From assembly GCA_039799225.1 (NCBI GenBank), contig JBDLTF010000004.1:8454-72453 (forward strand): 64,000 nt of DNA, written 5' to 3'. Of this stretch, positions 43,951 to 53,810 are shown in pieces. The stretch comes from Candidatus Parcubacteria bacterium (GTDB lineage Bacteria > Patescibacteriota > Minisyncoccia > Phycocordibacterales > PALSA-1337). The position numbers were made by a program, and so were the translations under genes. Each line of letters opens with the position of its first letter. The first letter of the stretch is position 1. The notes under the pieces are model-generated. The model did not search any database, was not told where the DNA came from, and saw only the letters and a list, made by a program, of their open reading frames with translations.

Positions 43951-45134
43951 CTTCGTGACTTTTTGAATTCTTCCCAAGTACCATCAACAATGGCTTTTCG
44001 TGCGTCTTTCGCGAGATGCACCAGGAAGTAGAGATTGTGAATCGATACGAGCGTCGCAGCAAACATTTCCTTGGCCCTGAAAAGGTGTGCGAGATACGCC
44101 TTTGTGTAATTTGTACAGGTATAACAACCACATCCTGCATCTATCGGTGCAAAATCTGTCTTGAATTCTGAATTGAGGAGATTGATTGTTGATTTTCCCT
44201 TACTTCGTACGTAAGCAGAACCGTTACGTGCAATCCTCGTCGGTGCAACACAGTCGAAGGTATCGATACCATTCTCAATACCGAGTATAAGATCCTCTGG
44301 TGCACCGATGCCAAGCAAGTGACGTGGCTTACCCTCGGGTAATTCATCGACGACCCAACCGACCGCGATAGCGATATCTTCTTTGTCGAACGAACCACCG
44401 ATACCGAAACCATCGAAGTCCATACCGCCAATCGTACGTGCGCTTTCTTTTCTCAAATCTTCATGCCGACCACCTTGGACAATGCCGAACAATGCGCGAT
44501 TCCCCTCTTTATTCATTTTTTTGTGAGCCTCGAGACTTCTACCTGCCCAACGATGCGTGCGATCCATAGCTTCTCTCTGATATTCATATGAAGCCTGCGG
44601 TGAAGTACATTCGTCAAAAGCGAAAATGATATCTGCAGCGATTGCATGCTGTATTTCAATAGATCTCTCTGGTGTAAAGAAATGTGTGCTTCCATCAAGC
44701 ACTGATCTAAACTCGACACCGTCTTCAGTAACCTTGGCAAAATTCTCGCCATGGGTCTCTTCTGCTTCTTTTTCAACTTCGCGACCACCGCGCGCACCAA
44801 TCTTGGACGCAGTCTTGTTGAACGCCGCACCAAGTGAGAATGCCTGGAAACCTCCGGAATCAGTAAATGTAGGTCCTGGCCAATTCATGAACTTCCCGAG
44901 TCCACCAGCTTTCGTAAGTATTTCAGTCCCTGGTTGGAGATAGAGATGATAGGTATTGGCGAGAATGGCGTCTGCACCGAGCGTTTTGACCTGCTCAGGA
45001 GCGAGTGACTTCACCGTCGCCTTGGTACCTACAGGTATGAATGCTGGTGTCTCAATAGCGCCATGAGGAGTCTGGATGGTGCCTGCGCGGCCACGACCGT
45101 TGGGGAGCTTCGCGTGAATATCGAATTTGAGCAT
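43947..45134 (-). CDS. tgt: queuine tRNA-ribosyltransferase
   Basis: MLKFDIHAKLPNGRGRAGTIQTPHGAIETPAFIPVGT is the typical TGT N-terminus, plus the C-terminal zinc site (CGCYTC...H). The ORF-track start (45188, GTG) is an artefact of the inverted repeat. Confidence 0.9.
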   Translation of the reverse strand: MLKFDIHAKLPNGRGRAGTIQTPHGAIETPAFIPVGTKATVKSLAPEQVKTLGADAILANTYHLYLQPGTEILTKAGGLGKFMNWPGPTFTDSGGFQAFSLGAAFNKTASKIGARGGREVEKEAEETHGENFAKVTEDGVEFRSVLDGSTHFFTPERSIEIQHAIAADIIFAFDECTSPQASYEYQREAMDRTHRWAGRSLEAHKKMNKEGNRALFGIVQGGRHEDLRKESARTIGGMDFDGFGIGGSFDKEDIAIAVGWVVDELPEGKPRHLLGIGAPEDLILGIENGIDTFDCVAPTRIARNGSAYVRSKGKSTINLLNSEFKTDFAPIDAGCGCYTCTNYTKAYLAHLFRAKEMFAATLVSIHNLYFLVHLAKDARKAIVDGTWEEFKKSRS

Positions 45135-45164
45135 GTGAGTCAAGAATACGGAATTATCGTGGAG

Positions 45165-45292
45165 AGCGCAAGCAGCACAGCGCGGCACGTGTGTTTTGTA
45201 TGTGCCATGTTTCGTACTGAAAACTAAAATTTATTTAACCAAATAAGCATGGCACATACAAAACACACGTGCCGCGCTGTGCTGCTTGCGCT
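45165..45292. repeat. perfect 45-bp inverted repeat (arms 45165..45209 and 45248..45292) with 38-bp AT-rich spacer, in the tgt/LOG divergent promoter region
   Basis: agcgcaagcagcacagcgcggcacgtgtgttttgtatgtgccatg and its exact reverse complement. Explains why both flanking ORF-track entries begin MPRCAACAL. Confidence 0.9.
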
Positions 45293-45352
45293 TTGTGCGC
45301 TCGGAGGTCACAAGTGGCATACATCCTTACTTGGAGATATAATAGGACGACT

Positions 45353-46045
45353 ATGCATAATGAACACACCGGACCCCTGTCGCGCAAAGACATTCACGCC
45401 GACACGACCAAACGCCACCTCGATCAGATTAACAAGGAGTTCAAGGACGGTTTCGATTTCTTGAGGAAGTATCCAAAATCAGTCACTATCTACGGATCTG
45501 CACGCACCAAGCATGGTAGCCATGAATGGAAGCAGGCTGAAGAGCTTGGACACAAGATCGCCAAAGAACTCAAATACGCCGTCATCACTGGCGGAGGACC
45601 AGGCACCATGGAGGCTGCTCACAAAGGAACCAAAGAAGCCGGCGGACAATCTGTTGCACTCGGTATTGAATTGCCACATGAAGGTAACACAAATCCATAT
45701 GCTACAGACCGTCTTCAATTCACGTATTTCTTCTCAAGGAAGGCGATGTTGAACTTCGCCGCAGAAGCGTATGTATTCTTCCCCGGAGGTTACGGAACTT
45801 TCGACGAGCTCTTCAGCACAATGACTCTCATCCAGACACGTAAGATTCCATCAGTACCGGTCATTCTTGTCGGATCGAAATTCTGGAATGGTCTCTCTGA
45901 CTTCATCATCAAGAATATGCTCCAGCAGCAAGAAGCAATCGCTGACTATGATATGGATATATTCAAGATCACTGACGACCTTGACCAGGTCATCGAGATC
46001 ATCCGCACAGCGCCAGTCAGTGAGTGGTGGAGAAACATCAACTAA
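45353..46045 (+). CDS. LOG-family (TIGR00730 / Rossmann-fold nucleotide-binding) protein
   Basis: VTIYGSARTK...ITGGGPGTMEAA...FPGGYGTFDELFS match the LOG family. Start set at MHNEHTG. Confidence 0.8.
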   Translation: MHNEHTGPLSRKDIHADTTKRHLDQINKEFKDGFDFLRKYPKSVTIYGSARTKHGSHEWKQAEELGHKIAKELKYAVITGGGPGTMEAAHKGTKEAGGQSVALGIELPHEGNTNPYATDRLQFTYFFSRKAMLNFAAEAYVFFPGGYGTFDELFSTMTLIQTRKIPSVPVILVGSKFWNGLSDFIIKNMLQQQEAIADYDMDIFKITDDLDQVIEIIRTAPVSEWWRNIN

Positions 46046-46065
46046 TATAATTGAGTTAGGTACGA

Positions 46066-46098
46066 AAAACACCGCAGTTCCCTGCGGTGTTTTTTGAT
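46066..46098. terminator. bidirectional terminator
   Basis: aaaaacaccgcag-ttccc-tgcggtgtttttt. Confidence 0.6.
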
Positions 46099-46129
46099 CA
46101 AGCTATTATTTCCTAGAGTCTGAAATACG

Positions 46130-49100
46130 TTAGATAAGATAATTCTCAACAACCCAACCTATTATTCCGTTGAAAGTAACATACCACCAATAATAACCTC
46201 CGGCTGAAACACCATTTGAGGCATTTGCAACAATTGTACCTAAGGTACCATCAACAACGGTGCCCAAAACAGTAGCTGTTGCCGACGGAGCAGAGCGGAT
46301 ATTTAAGAATGTTCCTGTTCCAGAAACTCGAACCTGTTGACCAGTAGTGAAAGCACCTTGGCTTTGGGATGACGAGGTTGATGGAACAGTGACCATGGAG
46401 ACGGTAGCTGGGGCTGTAGCACCACTGACGATAGATCCGTAATCATTCGGATAGCATGTTGTTGCGCTGAATGTGCCACTATTATTCAGACTACGTGATT
46501 CCCAACAAAGCTGGGCTGGAGACTTATTAACCTTACCTGCAGCGTCGCCAGTGCCACCAGAAACATCAGGACCAATAAGTGGCCATGGAACTGAAACTGG
46601 GAACCAGGAAGGTTTGGAACTATAAATCATAGAAGCAGGAATTGTCTGGTTTGATGGTACCGCTACATCAGAGGAAACCTCAGAAGCGACGAAACGTGAG
46701 GCATCATTGAAGTAGTCATAGTTACCCCAACGAACCAAGGTAGAGCTAACCTTAGGATCAGGATAGCCGCTAGGAATTGCGTAGTTATCGTACGCAGTAG
46801 TACTACAATTGCTGATGTTTGGGTATCCGAACTGATAAACACCAGGGGCGTTACAGCCAGTAGCATATGCTGCAGGATTCTGTTGTGAAGACCCGAGCAC
46901 GTTACCAACGATGTTGTAGTAGTAGCCGAAGCGCTTGATCCAGACAGCATCTCCCCTTGCAGTCGAACCATTCGGATTGAAGCCGGTGAAATAGTTGCGC
47001 AACAGAGTTCCTTGACCCGCACCACCGAAGTAACCATCCATACCCCACATCTCACCAGTGTTTCCTTCGTAAAGGTTATAAGCATTATACGGAGCATGGC
47101 CATCATCAAAGGTCCAAGTCACCATATATGAACCACCTCCCCAATCGACTGATCCATAAACATAGTTGTAGCCAATATAGAGACCACTGCTACTATTATT
47201 AACTTCAATTGCGGGGAAGTTCTTATTGAAGATATTATTCTCAACCCTCGCATTGCTATTGGCACCGTACGGACCACCGTAGAAGTTGAGACCGCTGTTA
47301 TTAGGTCCTGATGAGCCTTCGTGGATATATGAATCACGAACCTCAAGGTTAACAGTGCCGAGAATAGTGAAGTGGTAGCCGACGCTGCGACCTGATTCGA
47401 TACCCTTCATCCAACAGCTATCACAGTACTGAATGTCCGTGTTGCCGTTTGTAGTGTTGTGTTCAAGCTTGAGATCTTCAATACCGACATTCTTTGTAGT
47501 GCTCAGGAATGTATGTTTGATTTTCGGAGTGCCTTGAGAGAAATCAAAGATGAGCGGATTGCGAACAGTGATGGTATTCCCGCTAATCCCGGTAATGACA
47601 TTAACTTGAGTGAGTGAACGGCCAGCATCGTGACTAGCAACAAAGGTAGGATCATCGAGACGATCGAGCTCGAGCATCAATCCGACAGTGAGACCTGCAG
47701 TCGATGCGACAGTGAAGGACGAAGATCCTTTGGCACCACCTCCGGTAAGTGCTACGCCACTTGTCGAATTGTATCCGCTACCAATCCTAAGAATGTTACC
47801 ACCTGACAGAATAGTCTTGTCTGCTCCCGCACCACGGAGAGTAACATTACTGTTGTAAATCAGGATCTTGTCAGACAAGTTGTATGTGCCGGCATTGAGA
47901 AAGACGACGCCATTGTTACATGAGCTGATAGCACTGTTGATTGTTGCTGCGGTTGCCCCAGGATTGAGTGTGGCACAAATAGTAGTACGGTTTGGGATGC
48001 CTCCAGGAACACCGGTGTATTTCCAGTCGATGGTACGGTTAGCAGCTTGAAGAGAACTCAGAATATTAGTGCCGACAACAATCGTCACCGTCACACTCGC
48101 ACTCTTGCTCGTCGATACATTTCCTGCGGCATCCTTAGCCCAAGCATAGAGAGTCTTGGAGCCTGCGGATGCAAAGGTGTATGTAGTAGGAGCAGCTGAT
48201 GTCCAACCTGTAGCTGATGCTGTTGGTGCTGATGATGACTCGGTAATGAGGTATCCTGTTACACCGACTGCGTCTGTAGCAGTGAGAGTAGTGATAGGAA
48301 CTGTGAGAGATGATGAAGTTGAAGGGATGGTGAAGACTGAGACGACTGGGGCGGTGGTGTCGGAAGTTGGGATGGTGCCACCATAGTAGCAGGCGGACGA
48401 GTCGAATATCCCTCCTCCTGCGAGATTTTGGTTCTCGAAGCATTCTTGTGCAGGAATCTTTCCATTCAAGAGCGTCCCCGGATTGCTTGCGCTCGGACCA
48501 TACGCTGGCCAAGCAAGTCCACTTCTCCACCATGAAGGACGAGATGCTAGATAAAGCGAGTTAGGAATGTTCTTTGATGCATCTATTGTGTCCGGACGCT
48601 CAGCAACGTTCCATCTCACCGTGTTGGTCACAGAATCCCAATTACCCCACCTGAGCAGAGTATTCAAGGTTTGAATGTCATAATTCGATGTCGAAGGCTG
48701 TGCTGCATTCCAATATCCAATCGAATAAATCACATTATCACTTCCTAGATTGGTATTGTTAAACTCATATGTGCTCGTCTTTCCCGTGGTCCCCAGCACA
48801 TTACCGACGACAGTAGTGTTTAGGTGTTGTGCCCAGACATACAGCGCAATCCTGTAGGCAAAAACTGATGTATTTGTCGAATCATATCCATAGAGCCTAT
48901 TCCTCAATATAACCTCGTTACCTCCAGAACCCCAGCCGTTGTCCAACGAGATCGAGGTAAGAGCATTCCCTTCGTACAGGTTCGAATATGTGTGTCCGAC
49001 ATGAGGCTGTGCTCCAGCAGCCATAACGTTAGGCTCCGACTGCGGGTCGATGTAGTTATACGAGATCACTGAGCCGCTAACTGGAGTAGTCGGAACGATC

Positions 49101-52100
49101 TGCCATCCATTATTCATAATATTGTTCTCGATAAGATACGCCGAGCCTGAACCGAGCTCTATACCATAATGAGTAGGTCCTGCGCCGACAGAATCATGAA
49201 TATAACTGTCTCGAATCTCTCCTCTGTACGAGTACCAGCCGAAGTTCACAGCAGACCTCACGTGTCCGATTGTTTCGACGCCTTTTACCCAGCAGTTTGT
49301 ACAGAAATTGAAGGCAATGAGATCGCTCGCGGTGCCATTCTGCCCGTCAACTTTCAAGTTCTCGATGCCGGCATATTCCATATTCCCATTTGTCCAGGTG
49401 AATACTTGTGGAGACAGACTCGACTTGAACGTGAAGTAGAGCGGATTGTCCAAAGTGATAGTGTTCCCATTTATAGCTTTGATCTTCACGACCTGGAATT
49501 GTATCCTCGTGTTTCCACCATAGAATGATGTGCCATTCCTAACATTTGATTGAGTGCCATATGAGCCTGTCGGACTGACCTTCAAAGAAGTATCGTTCAA
49601 CTGATCGATGACAATCGTCTGATTCACTTTGAAAGCGGCCGGGACACTCGCGAGAGTAATGTTTGTACTTCCCTTCGTATATCCTCCCACAACATCGACG
49701 ACGGACAGAGAGCCTCCATCGCCACCTCCGTACGGCGAAAACTTTATAGAACTACCAACTTTGAGAATTGTCGATGCTCCTTCTCCTCGCAACACTACTG
49801 GTCGTGTGATGGATAGTCCATTTGAAAATGTATATGTTCCAGCAGGGATACGTATCACCGTCCTCAGAGGACAGTTACTTATCGCTGTCTGAATCGATGC
49901 CGCGTTTCCTGCGGTGACCGTATTCGTGGTGCAGTTAGCTAGGTTTGGTATTCCTTTGGTTCCATCTGATCCGATCACTCCCGCTTGCGTCCAATCGGTC
50001 GTACGATCGGCAGGTATTGCTTCAGCGCTTCCTGTCACAACCGTCACTGTCACACTTGCACTCTTGCTCGTCGATACATTTCCTGCAGTATCCTTAGCCC
50101 AAGCATAGAGAGTCTTGGAACCTGCAGATGTGAAGGTATATGTAGTAGGAGCAGCTGATGTCCAACCTGTAGCTGATGCTGTTGGTGCTGATGATGACTC
50201 GGTAATGAGGTATCCTGTTACACCGACTGCGTCTGTAGCAGTGAGAGTAGTGATAGGAACTGTGAGAGATGATGAAGTTGAAGGGATGGTGAAGACTGAG
50301 ACGACTGGGGCGGTGGTGTCGATGACCGTACCCGCCTGTGTCGTAGCCGATGCTCCTGCAGAGACTGCAGAGAGGTTACCTGCAGCGTCATATGCGCGAA
50401 CAGTGTAGGTATATGAGGTGCTTGGTGACAAACCAGTAGTGTTCTGGAAGGTTGTAGCTGCTGGGGTGATATTTGCGATCTGAACACCAGCTCTGAAGAC
50501 CTGATATCCTGTTACACCGACGTTGTCAGATGAAGCGCTCCATGAAAGATTGATTTGTGATGAAGAGACTGCGGTGGCGGTGAGGTTTGCGGGAATGGTA
50601 GGTGCGCTGGTGTCAGTGACAACAGTAGTGTTGAAGATTGCATTGACGCTTGTGTTTGCATTCAAAGTGAACGAACAAGTTGTTGCAGTACCAGTACATG
50701 CACCTGACCATCCTGCGAAGGTTGATCCAGCTGAAGCTGCAGCAGTCAATGTGACTGCCTGACCTGCGTTCCCTGTTGAAGTACAGGTGGTTCCGCAGTT
50801 GATTGAACCAGTCGAGGTGACTGTACCTGTGCCGGTTCCTGACTTGGTGACGGAGACGGTGTATGAAGTCTGAGTAGGTGGAGTGACCGAGCTATAAAGT
50901 GAGCTAACTTCAGCTGCGCTCAATGCACCATTGTATACGCGAACTTCATCAATCTTACCCTTGAAATATTCCGATGAGCCGTTCCATGAGCCTATGAGGA
51001 GGTTCGACGCAGTGTTGGTGAATGCACCAGCACCTGATGTGACAAGAGCTCCATCTATATATAGACGGTTAGTGGTTCCATCATATGTCTGGACGACGTG
51101 TTTCCAGACGCCTGAGGCGATAGGAGTTTGTATGACATTGGACCATGTTGAACCATTACCGACACTGGCGTACACTGTATTATTATTTCTAATTTCGAGA
51201 CCGAAAGAGTACTCTTTCATGATTATAGAACCCCATTCTCCTGCCTGAGTTGCGGAGAGATTGATCCATGCACTGAGAGAGAACTTCGCTGAACCAACGT
51301 TTCCAGCATTCAAATATGCACTGGTACCATTGAGTGTAAGACCATTGCCTGCTACACCCGTTGTCCATGTAGGACCACCAACGAGGGTGGCGGTACCAGA
51401 GTTTCCTGATGAATCAGTAGCGGTTGTACCTGAACTCTGGTTGAGGTTCCAGTTACGAAGAAGAGCTGTACCTGCTGGTGCTGCAGCGACTGTTACCGGA
51501 ACAGCGCTCGAAGTAGTAACTGCCCCGTCATTGTCGGTAGCACGTGCAGTGATGCTATATGTTCCTGCGGCTACACCAGTCCATGTATATACATACGGGA
51601 ATGAAGCGTCTGCACCGATAAGTGTTGATCCGCTGTAGAATTCAACATTAGTAATTGATCCATCAGAGTCAGTTGCAGTGACAGGAATGTAAAGAGCTGC
51701 TGCAGGAGCCGTTCCAGAGACAGATATAGTGCTTAGAGTGACCGCAGGAGCAACATTCGCCAGGGTCGTAACCGTCCTTCCAGATGTCTGTGCTGAATGA
51801 TTCCCTGCGGCGTCATATGCGTCGACGGTATATGTATATGATGTTCCCTTCGTGAGGCCGCTGTCATTGAATGAAGTATTAGTAACTGCTCTTATCGGTG
51901 TTCCATTGCGGAATACACGATATCCGGTGACTGCAACGTTATCCGTTGAGGCTGCCCACGAAAGAGTGAGTGATGTCTGTGTGACATTTATAACGTTCAT
52001 GTACGTTGGTATCGTAGGAGCGGTGACATCTGGAGGAGTTACTGTTGTAAATGTGTAGTTACCTGATGTAGTGAGGTTTCCTGCTGCATCACGAGACAAT

Positions 52101-53152
52101 ATCCTATAGTTGTAGAGTGTTCCTCCGGTAAGGCCCGAGAGTGACTGACTGCGAGAAGTTGCTCTTTGGGAGGGAGTAGTGACTGTGCTGTTACCGTACG
52201 AAGTAGTCAATCCATATTCGACATAATCATTAGAAGCTTCACTGGTGGTCCAGGAAACTGTAGCTCCTGTTTGAGAAATATTTGAAGCAGATACCGATGA
52301 GATTGTAGGAGCTGTGGTATCTGATGGAGGAGTGACTATGACGCTTGAAGGAAGCATCTCAAAATATGCATGTGCAATCTGTGCTCCTGATGTCGGAGCG
52401 GTAGTATTGAGAGTAACCGATGTGCCCGCACTGCTCGAAACTTTATTGCGTTGGATGATGGCGTAGCTATCTTGTCCTGATATATCATATGGATCACTTA
52501 CAGATTGTCCTGATCCTGGTACAGGAATTCCTGCCTGCTTCCAATCTGCAGTGACCATCCATCCCCATGATTGATCTCTCGTCGATGTATATGAATTATT
52601 AACTGTACCAGAGACTCCCCTGCCTCCACCGATTGCGCCTATTGGTTTTGCAGCATCAGCACCGGTGACAACAAGCACCTTGAGCATCGCATACCGTGTA
52701 CTCGGATTAGTCGACTGTTGAACCACGCTCACTCTTATCGGATCTGACGCAGTCACTGGTGCTGTATACACATAGACCAAAGTGTCATCTGTATTCACAG
52801 TCCCGTATTGAGCTCTCTGCGTATAAGTATTTACCCCGAGATTGTCTGTCACTGAAGAAATACTGTTGGGCTGGCCCACATTGGAGTTGGTAGCGATGAT
52901 AACATAGAGCATCGAGCCTGCCGGAGGAGTGAAGGAAGCCGTTCTCAAAATCTCCGCATTGCCCTTAACCGTTGCCGGTGTTGAACGATCAATCGTCAAA
53001 TTTCCCGCAGAAGCTACCTGTGCAACCTGCGAAATCGGCGCAACGATGGTGAGCGGTGAACTCGGCGATGCATTGAACACGATATAGCCGAGTGACAGAG
53101 CCGTTACGCAGAGCGCGACGACTGCAAGACCTACTGCTGGGAAACTCTTCAT
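46130..53152 (-). CDS. giant secreted surface protein (2340 aa): signal peptide, Fn3 repeats, LamG/ConA-like lectin domain, two Ig-like plus right-handed beta-helix modules, C-terminal SH3b-like domain
   Basis: Signal peptide MKSFPAVGLAVVALCVTALSLG. Fn3 modules with the DN.GV.GY.V.R motif. LamG block GTSAYLNAGN...WKHVVQTYDG...GKIDEVRVYN. Parallel beta-helix repeats (IENNIMNNG, VENNIFNKN, GYNYV). C-terminal ...GGYYWWYVTFNGIIGWVVENYLI. Confidence 0.85.
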   Translation of the reverse strand: MKSFPAVGLAVVALCVTALSLGYIVFNASPSSPLTIVAPISQVAQVASAGNLTIDRSTPATVKGNAEILRTASFTPPAGSMLYVIIATNSNVGQPNSISSVTDNLGVNTYTQRAQYGTVNTDDTLVYVYTAPVTASDPIRVSVVQQSTNPSTRYAMLKVLVVTGADAAKPIGAIGGGRGVSGTVNNSYTSTRDQSWGWMVTADWKQAGIPVPGSGQSVSDPYDISGQDSYAIIQRNKVSSSAGTSVTLNTTAPTSGAQIAHAYFEMLPSSVIVTPPSDTTAPTISSVSASNISQTGATVSWTTSEASNDYVEYGLTTSYGNSTVTTPSQRATSRSQSLSGLTGGTLYNYRILSRDAAGNLTTSGNYTFTTVTPPDVTAPTIPTYMNVINVTQTSLTLSWAASTDNVAVTGYRVFRNGTPIRAVTNTSFNDSGLTKGTSYTYTVDAYDAAGNHSAQTSGRTVTTLANVAPAVTLSTISVSGTAPAAALYIPVTATDSDGSITNVEFYSGSTLIGADASFPYVYTWTGVAAGTYSITARATDNDGAVTTSSAVPVTVAAAPAGTALLRNWNLNQSSGTTATDSSGNSGTATLVGGPTWTTGVAGNGLTLNGTSAYLNAGNVGSAKFSLSAWINLSATQAGEWGSIIMKEYSFGLEIRNNNTVYASVGNGSTWSNVIQTPIASGVWKHVVQTYDGTTNRLYIDGALVTSGAGAFTNTASNLLIGSWNGSSEYFKGKIDEVRVYNGALSAAEVSSLYSSVTPPTQTSYTVSVTKSGTGTGTVTSTGSINCGTTCTSTGNAGQAVTLTAAASAGSTFAGWSGACTGTATTCSFTLNANTSVNAIFNTTVVTDTSAPTIPANLTATAVSSSQINLSWSASSDNVGVTGYQVFRAGVQIANITPAATTFQNTTGLSPSTSYTYTVRAYDAAGNLSAVSAGASATTQAGTVIDTTAPVVSVFTIPSTSSSLTVPITTLTATDAVGVTGYLITESSSAPTASATGWTSAAPTTYTFTSAGSKTLYAWAKDTAGNVSTSKSASVTVTVVTGSAEAIPADRTTDWTQAGVIGSDGTKGIPNLANCTTNTVTAGNAASIQTAISNCPLRTVIRIPAGTYTFSNGLSITRPVVLRGEGASTILKVGSSIKFSPYGGGDGGSLSVVDVVGGYTKGSTNITLASVPAAFKVNQTIVIDQLNDTSLKVSPTGSYGTQSNVRNGTSFYGGNTRIQFQVVKIKAINGNTITLDNPLYFTFKSSLSPQVFTWTNGNMEYAGIENLKVDGQNGTASDLIAFNFCTNCWVKGVETIGHVRSAVNFGWYSYRGEIRDSYIHDSVGAGPTHYGIELGSGSAYLIENNIMNNGWQIVPTTPVSGSVISYNYIDPQSEPNVMAAGAQPHVGHTYSNLYEGNALTSISLDNGWGSGGNEVILRNRLYGYDSTNTSVFAYRIALYVWAQHLNTTVVGNVLGTTGKTSTYEFNNTNLGSDNVIYSIGYWNAAQPSTSNYDIQTLNTLLRWGNWDSVTNTVRWNVAERPDTIDASKNIPNSLYLASRPSWWRSGLAWPAYGPSASNPGTLLNGKIPAQECFENQNLAGGGIFDSSACYYGGTIPTSDTTAPVVSVFTIPSTSSSLTVPITTLTATDAVGVTGYLITESSSAPTASATGWTSAAPTTYTFASAGSKTLYAWAKDAAGNVSTSKSASVTVTIVVGTNILSSLQAANRTIDWKYTGVPGGIPNRTTICATLNPGATAATINSAISSCNNGVVFLNAGTYNLSDKILIYNSNVTLRGAGADKTILSGGNILRIGSGYNSTSGVALTGGGAKGSSSFTVASTAGLTVGLMLELDRLDDPTFVASHDAGRSLTQVNVITGISGNTITVRNPLIFDFSQGTPKIKHTFLSTTKNVGIEDLKLEHNTTNGNTDIQYCDSCWMKGIESGRSVGYHFTILGTVNLEVRDSYIHEGSSGPNNSGLNFYGGPYGANSNARVENNIFNKNFPAIEVNNSSSGLYIGYNYVYGSVDWGGGSYMVTWTFDDGHAPYNAYNLYEGNTGEMWGMDGYFGGAGQGTLLRNYFTGFNPNGSTARGDAVWIKRFGYYYNIVGNVLGSSQQNPAAYATGCNAPGVYQFGYPNISNCSTTAYDNYAIPSGYPDPKVSSTLVRWGNYDYFNDASRFVASEVSSDVAVPSNQTIPASMIYSSKPSWFPVSVPWPLIGPDVSGGTGDAAGKVNKSPAQLCWESRSLNNSGTFSATTCYPNDYGSIVSGATAPATVSMVTVPSTSSSQSQGAFTTGQQVRVSGTGTFLNIRSAPSATATVLGTVVDGTLGTIVANASNGVSAGGYYWWYVTFNGIIGWVVENYLI
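48135..48420 (-). repeat. intragenic near-identical ~290-bp repeat, copy 1 (Ig-like module of the giant protein)
   Basis: Encodes TTAPVVSVFTIPSTSSSLTVPITTLTATDAVGVTGYLITESSSAPTASATGWTSAAPTTYTF.SAGSKTLYAWAKD.AGNVSTSKSASVTVT. The identical antisense shadow ORF MEPADAKVYVV... appears at both copies. Confidence 0.85.
50115..50410 (-). repeat. intragenic near-identical ~290-bp repeat, copy 2
   Basis: Same peptide block as 48135..48420 with only a few substitutions. Confidence 0.85.
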
Positions 53153-53312
53153 AGTATTAATACGGTTAACCTTTTGTAATTACCCTATATTATATATTAT
53201 ATAGTGTATTCTTGCCCTTTACCTTGGGGAGAACCACCCATAAATTACTAGTTTAAATGGCTTAAAATATGAGATACATCTGCGTCTCTACCATTTACTC
53301 ATCATGCACGAA

Positions 53313-53340
53313 AAACACCGCTCGAAAGCGGTGTTTTTCT
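53313..53340. terminator. bidirectional terminator downstream of the RRM protein gene
   Basis: aaaaacaccgc-tcgaaa-gcggtgttttt. Confidence 0.6.
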
Positions 53341-53361
53341 GAGTAGTCTGTCCTCAGGCTA

Positions 53362-53613
53362 TTATGCCTTTGGGCGAGCCTCTGAGACGACGATCTTGCG
53401 ACCATCGAGCTCTGAGCCATTGAGCTTCTCGATAGCTGCTGATGCATCTGCATCAGAGCCCATCTCGACGAAACCGAAGCCCTTTGAGCGGCCGGACATC
53501 TTGTCCATGATAACTGCTGCCGACTCGACGGCACCTGCCTGTTCGAAGTGTGACTTCAGGGTCTGGTCAGTAGAACCCCAGGCAAGACTGCCTACGAAAA
53601 GTCTCTTTGACAT
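53362..53613 (-). CDS. RRM-type RNA-binding protein
   Basis: RNP2 LFVGSL and RNP1 KGFGFVEM motifs. 83 aa. Confidence 0.85.
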   Translation of the reverse strand: MSKRLFVGSLAWGSTDQTLKSHFEQAGAVESAAVIMDKMSGRSKGFGFVEMGSDADASAAIEKLNGSELDGRKIVVSEARPKA

Positions 53614-53737
53614 TTTCTTTGATTACCCGCACAACGAATCACTTGCGTAACACGCTAGCGGAACTCTCGTACATTATGCTAACGCGTGGAAGTGACGAGA
53701 AACTTACACAGGAGCAGTATAGCATACTATACAGCAA

Positions 53738-53772
53738 AAATCAAGCCCCTATAAGGCCTTGATTGAGCGTTC
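53738..53772 (-). terminator. imperfect hairpin + U5 downstream of the second giant gene
   Basis: aatcaaggcc-ttatagg-ggcttgatt followed by TTTTT on the minus strand. Confidence 0.45.
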
Positions 53773-53810
53773 TTATGCGATTATGAGAGTCTAAATGACT
53801 CTAGAAAAGG

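Noticed and set aside
43947-45353. Both divergent ORFs in the track begin with the identical peptide MPRCAACAL
   Set aside because: This is an artefact. The two GTG-initiated extensions read through opposite arms of the perfect 45-bp inverted repeat. The real starts are the downstream ATGs (MLKFDIH for tgt, MHNEHTG for the LOG gene).
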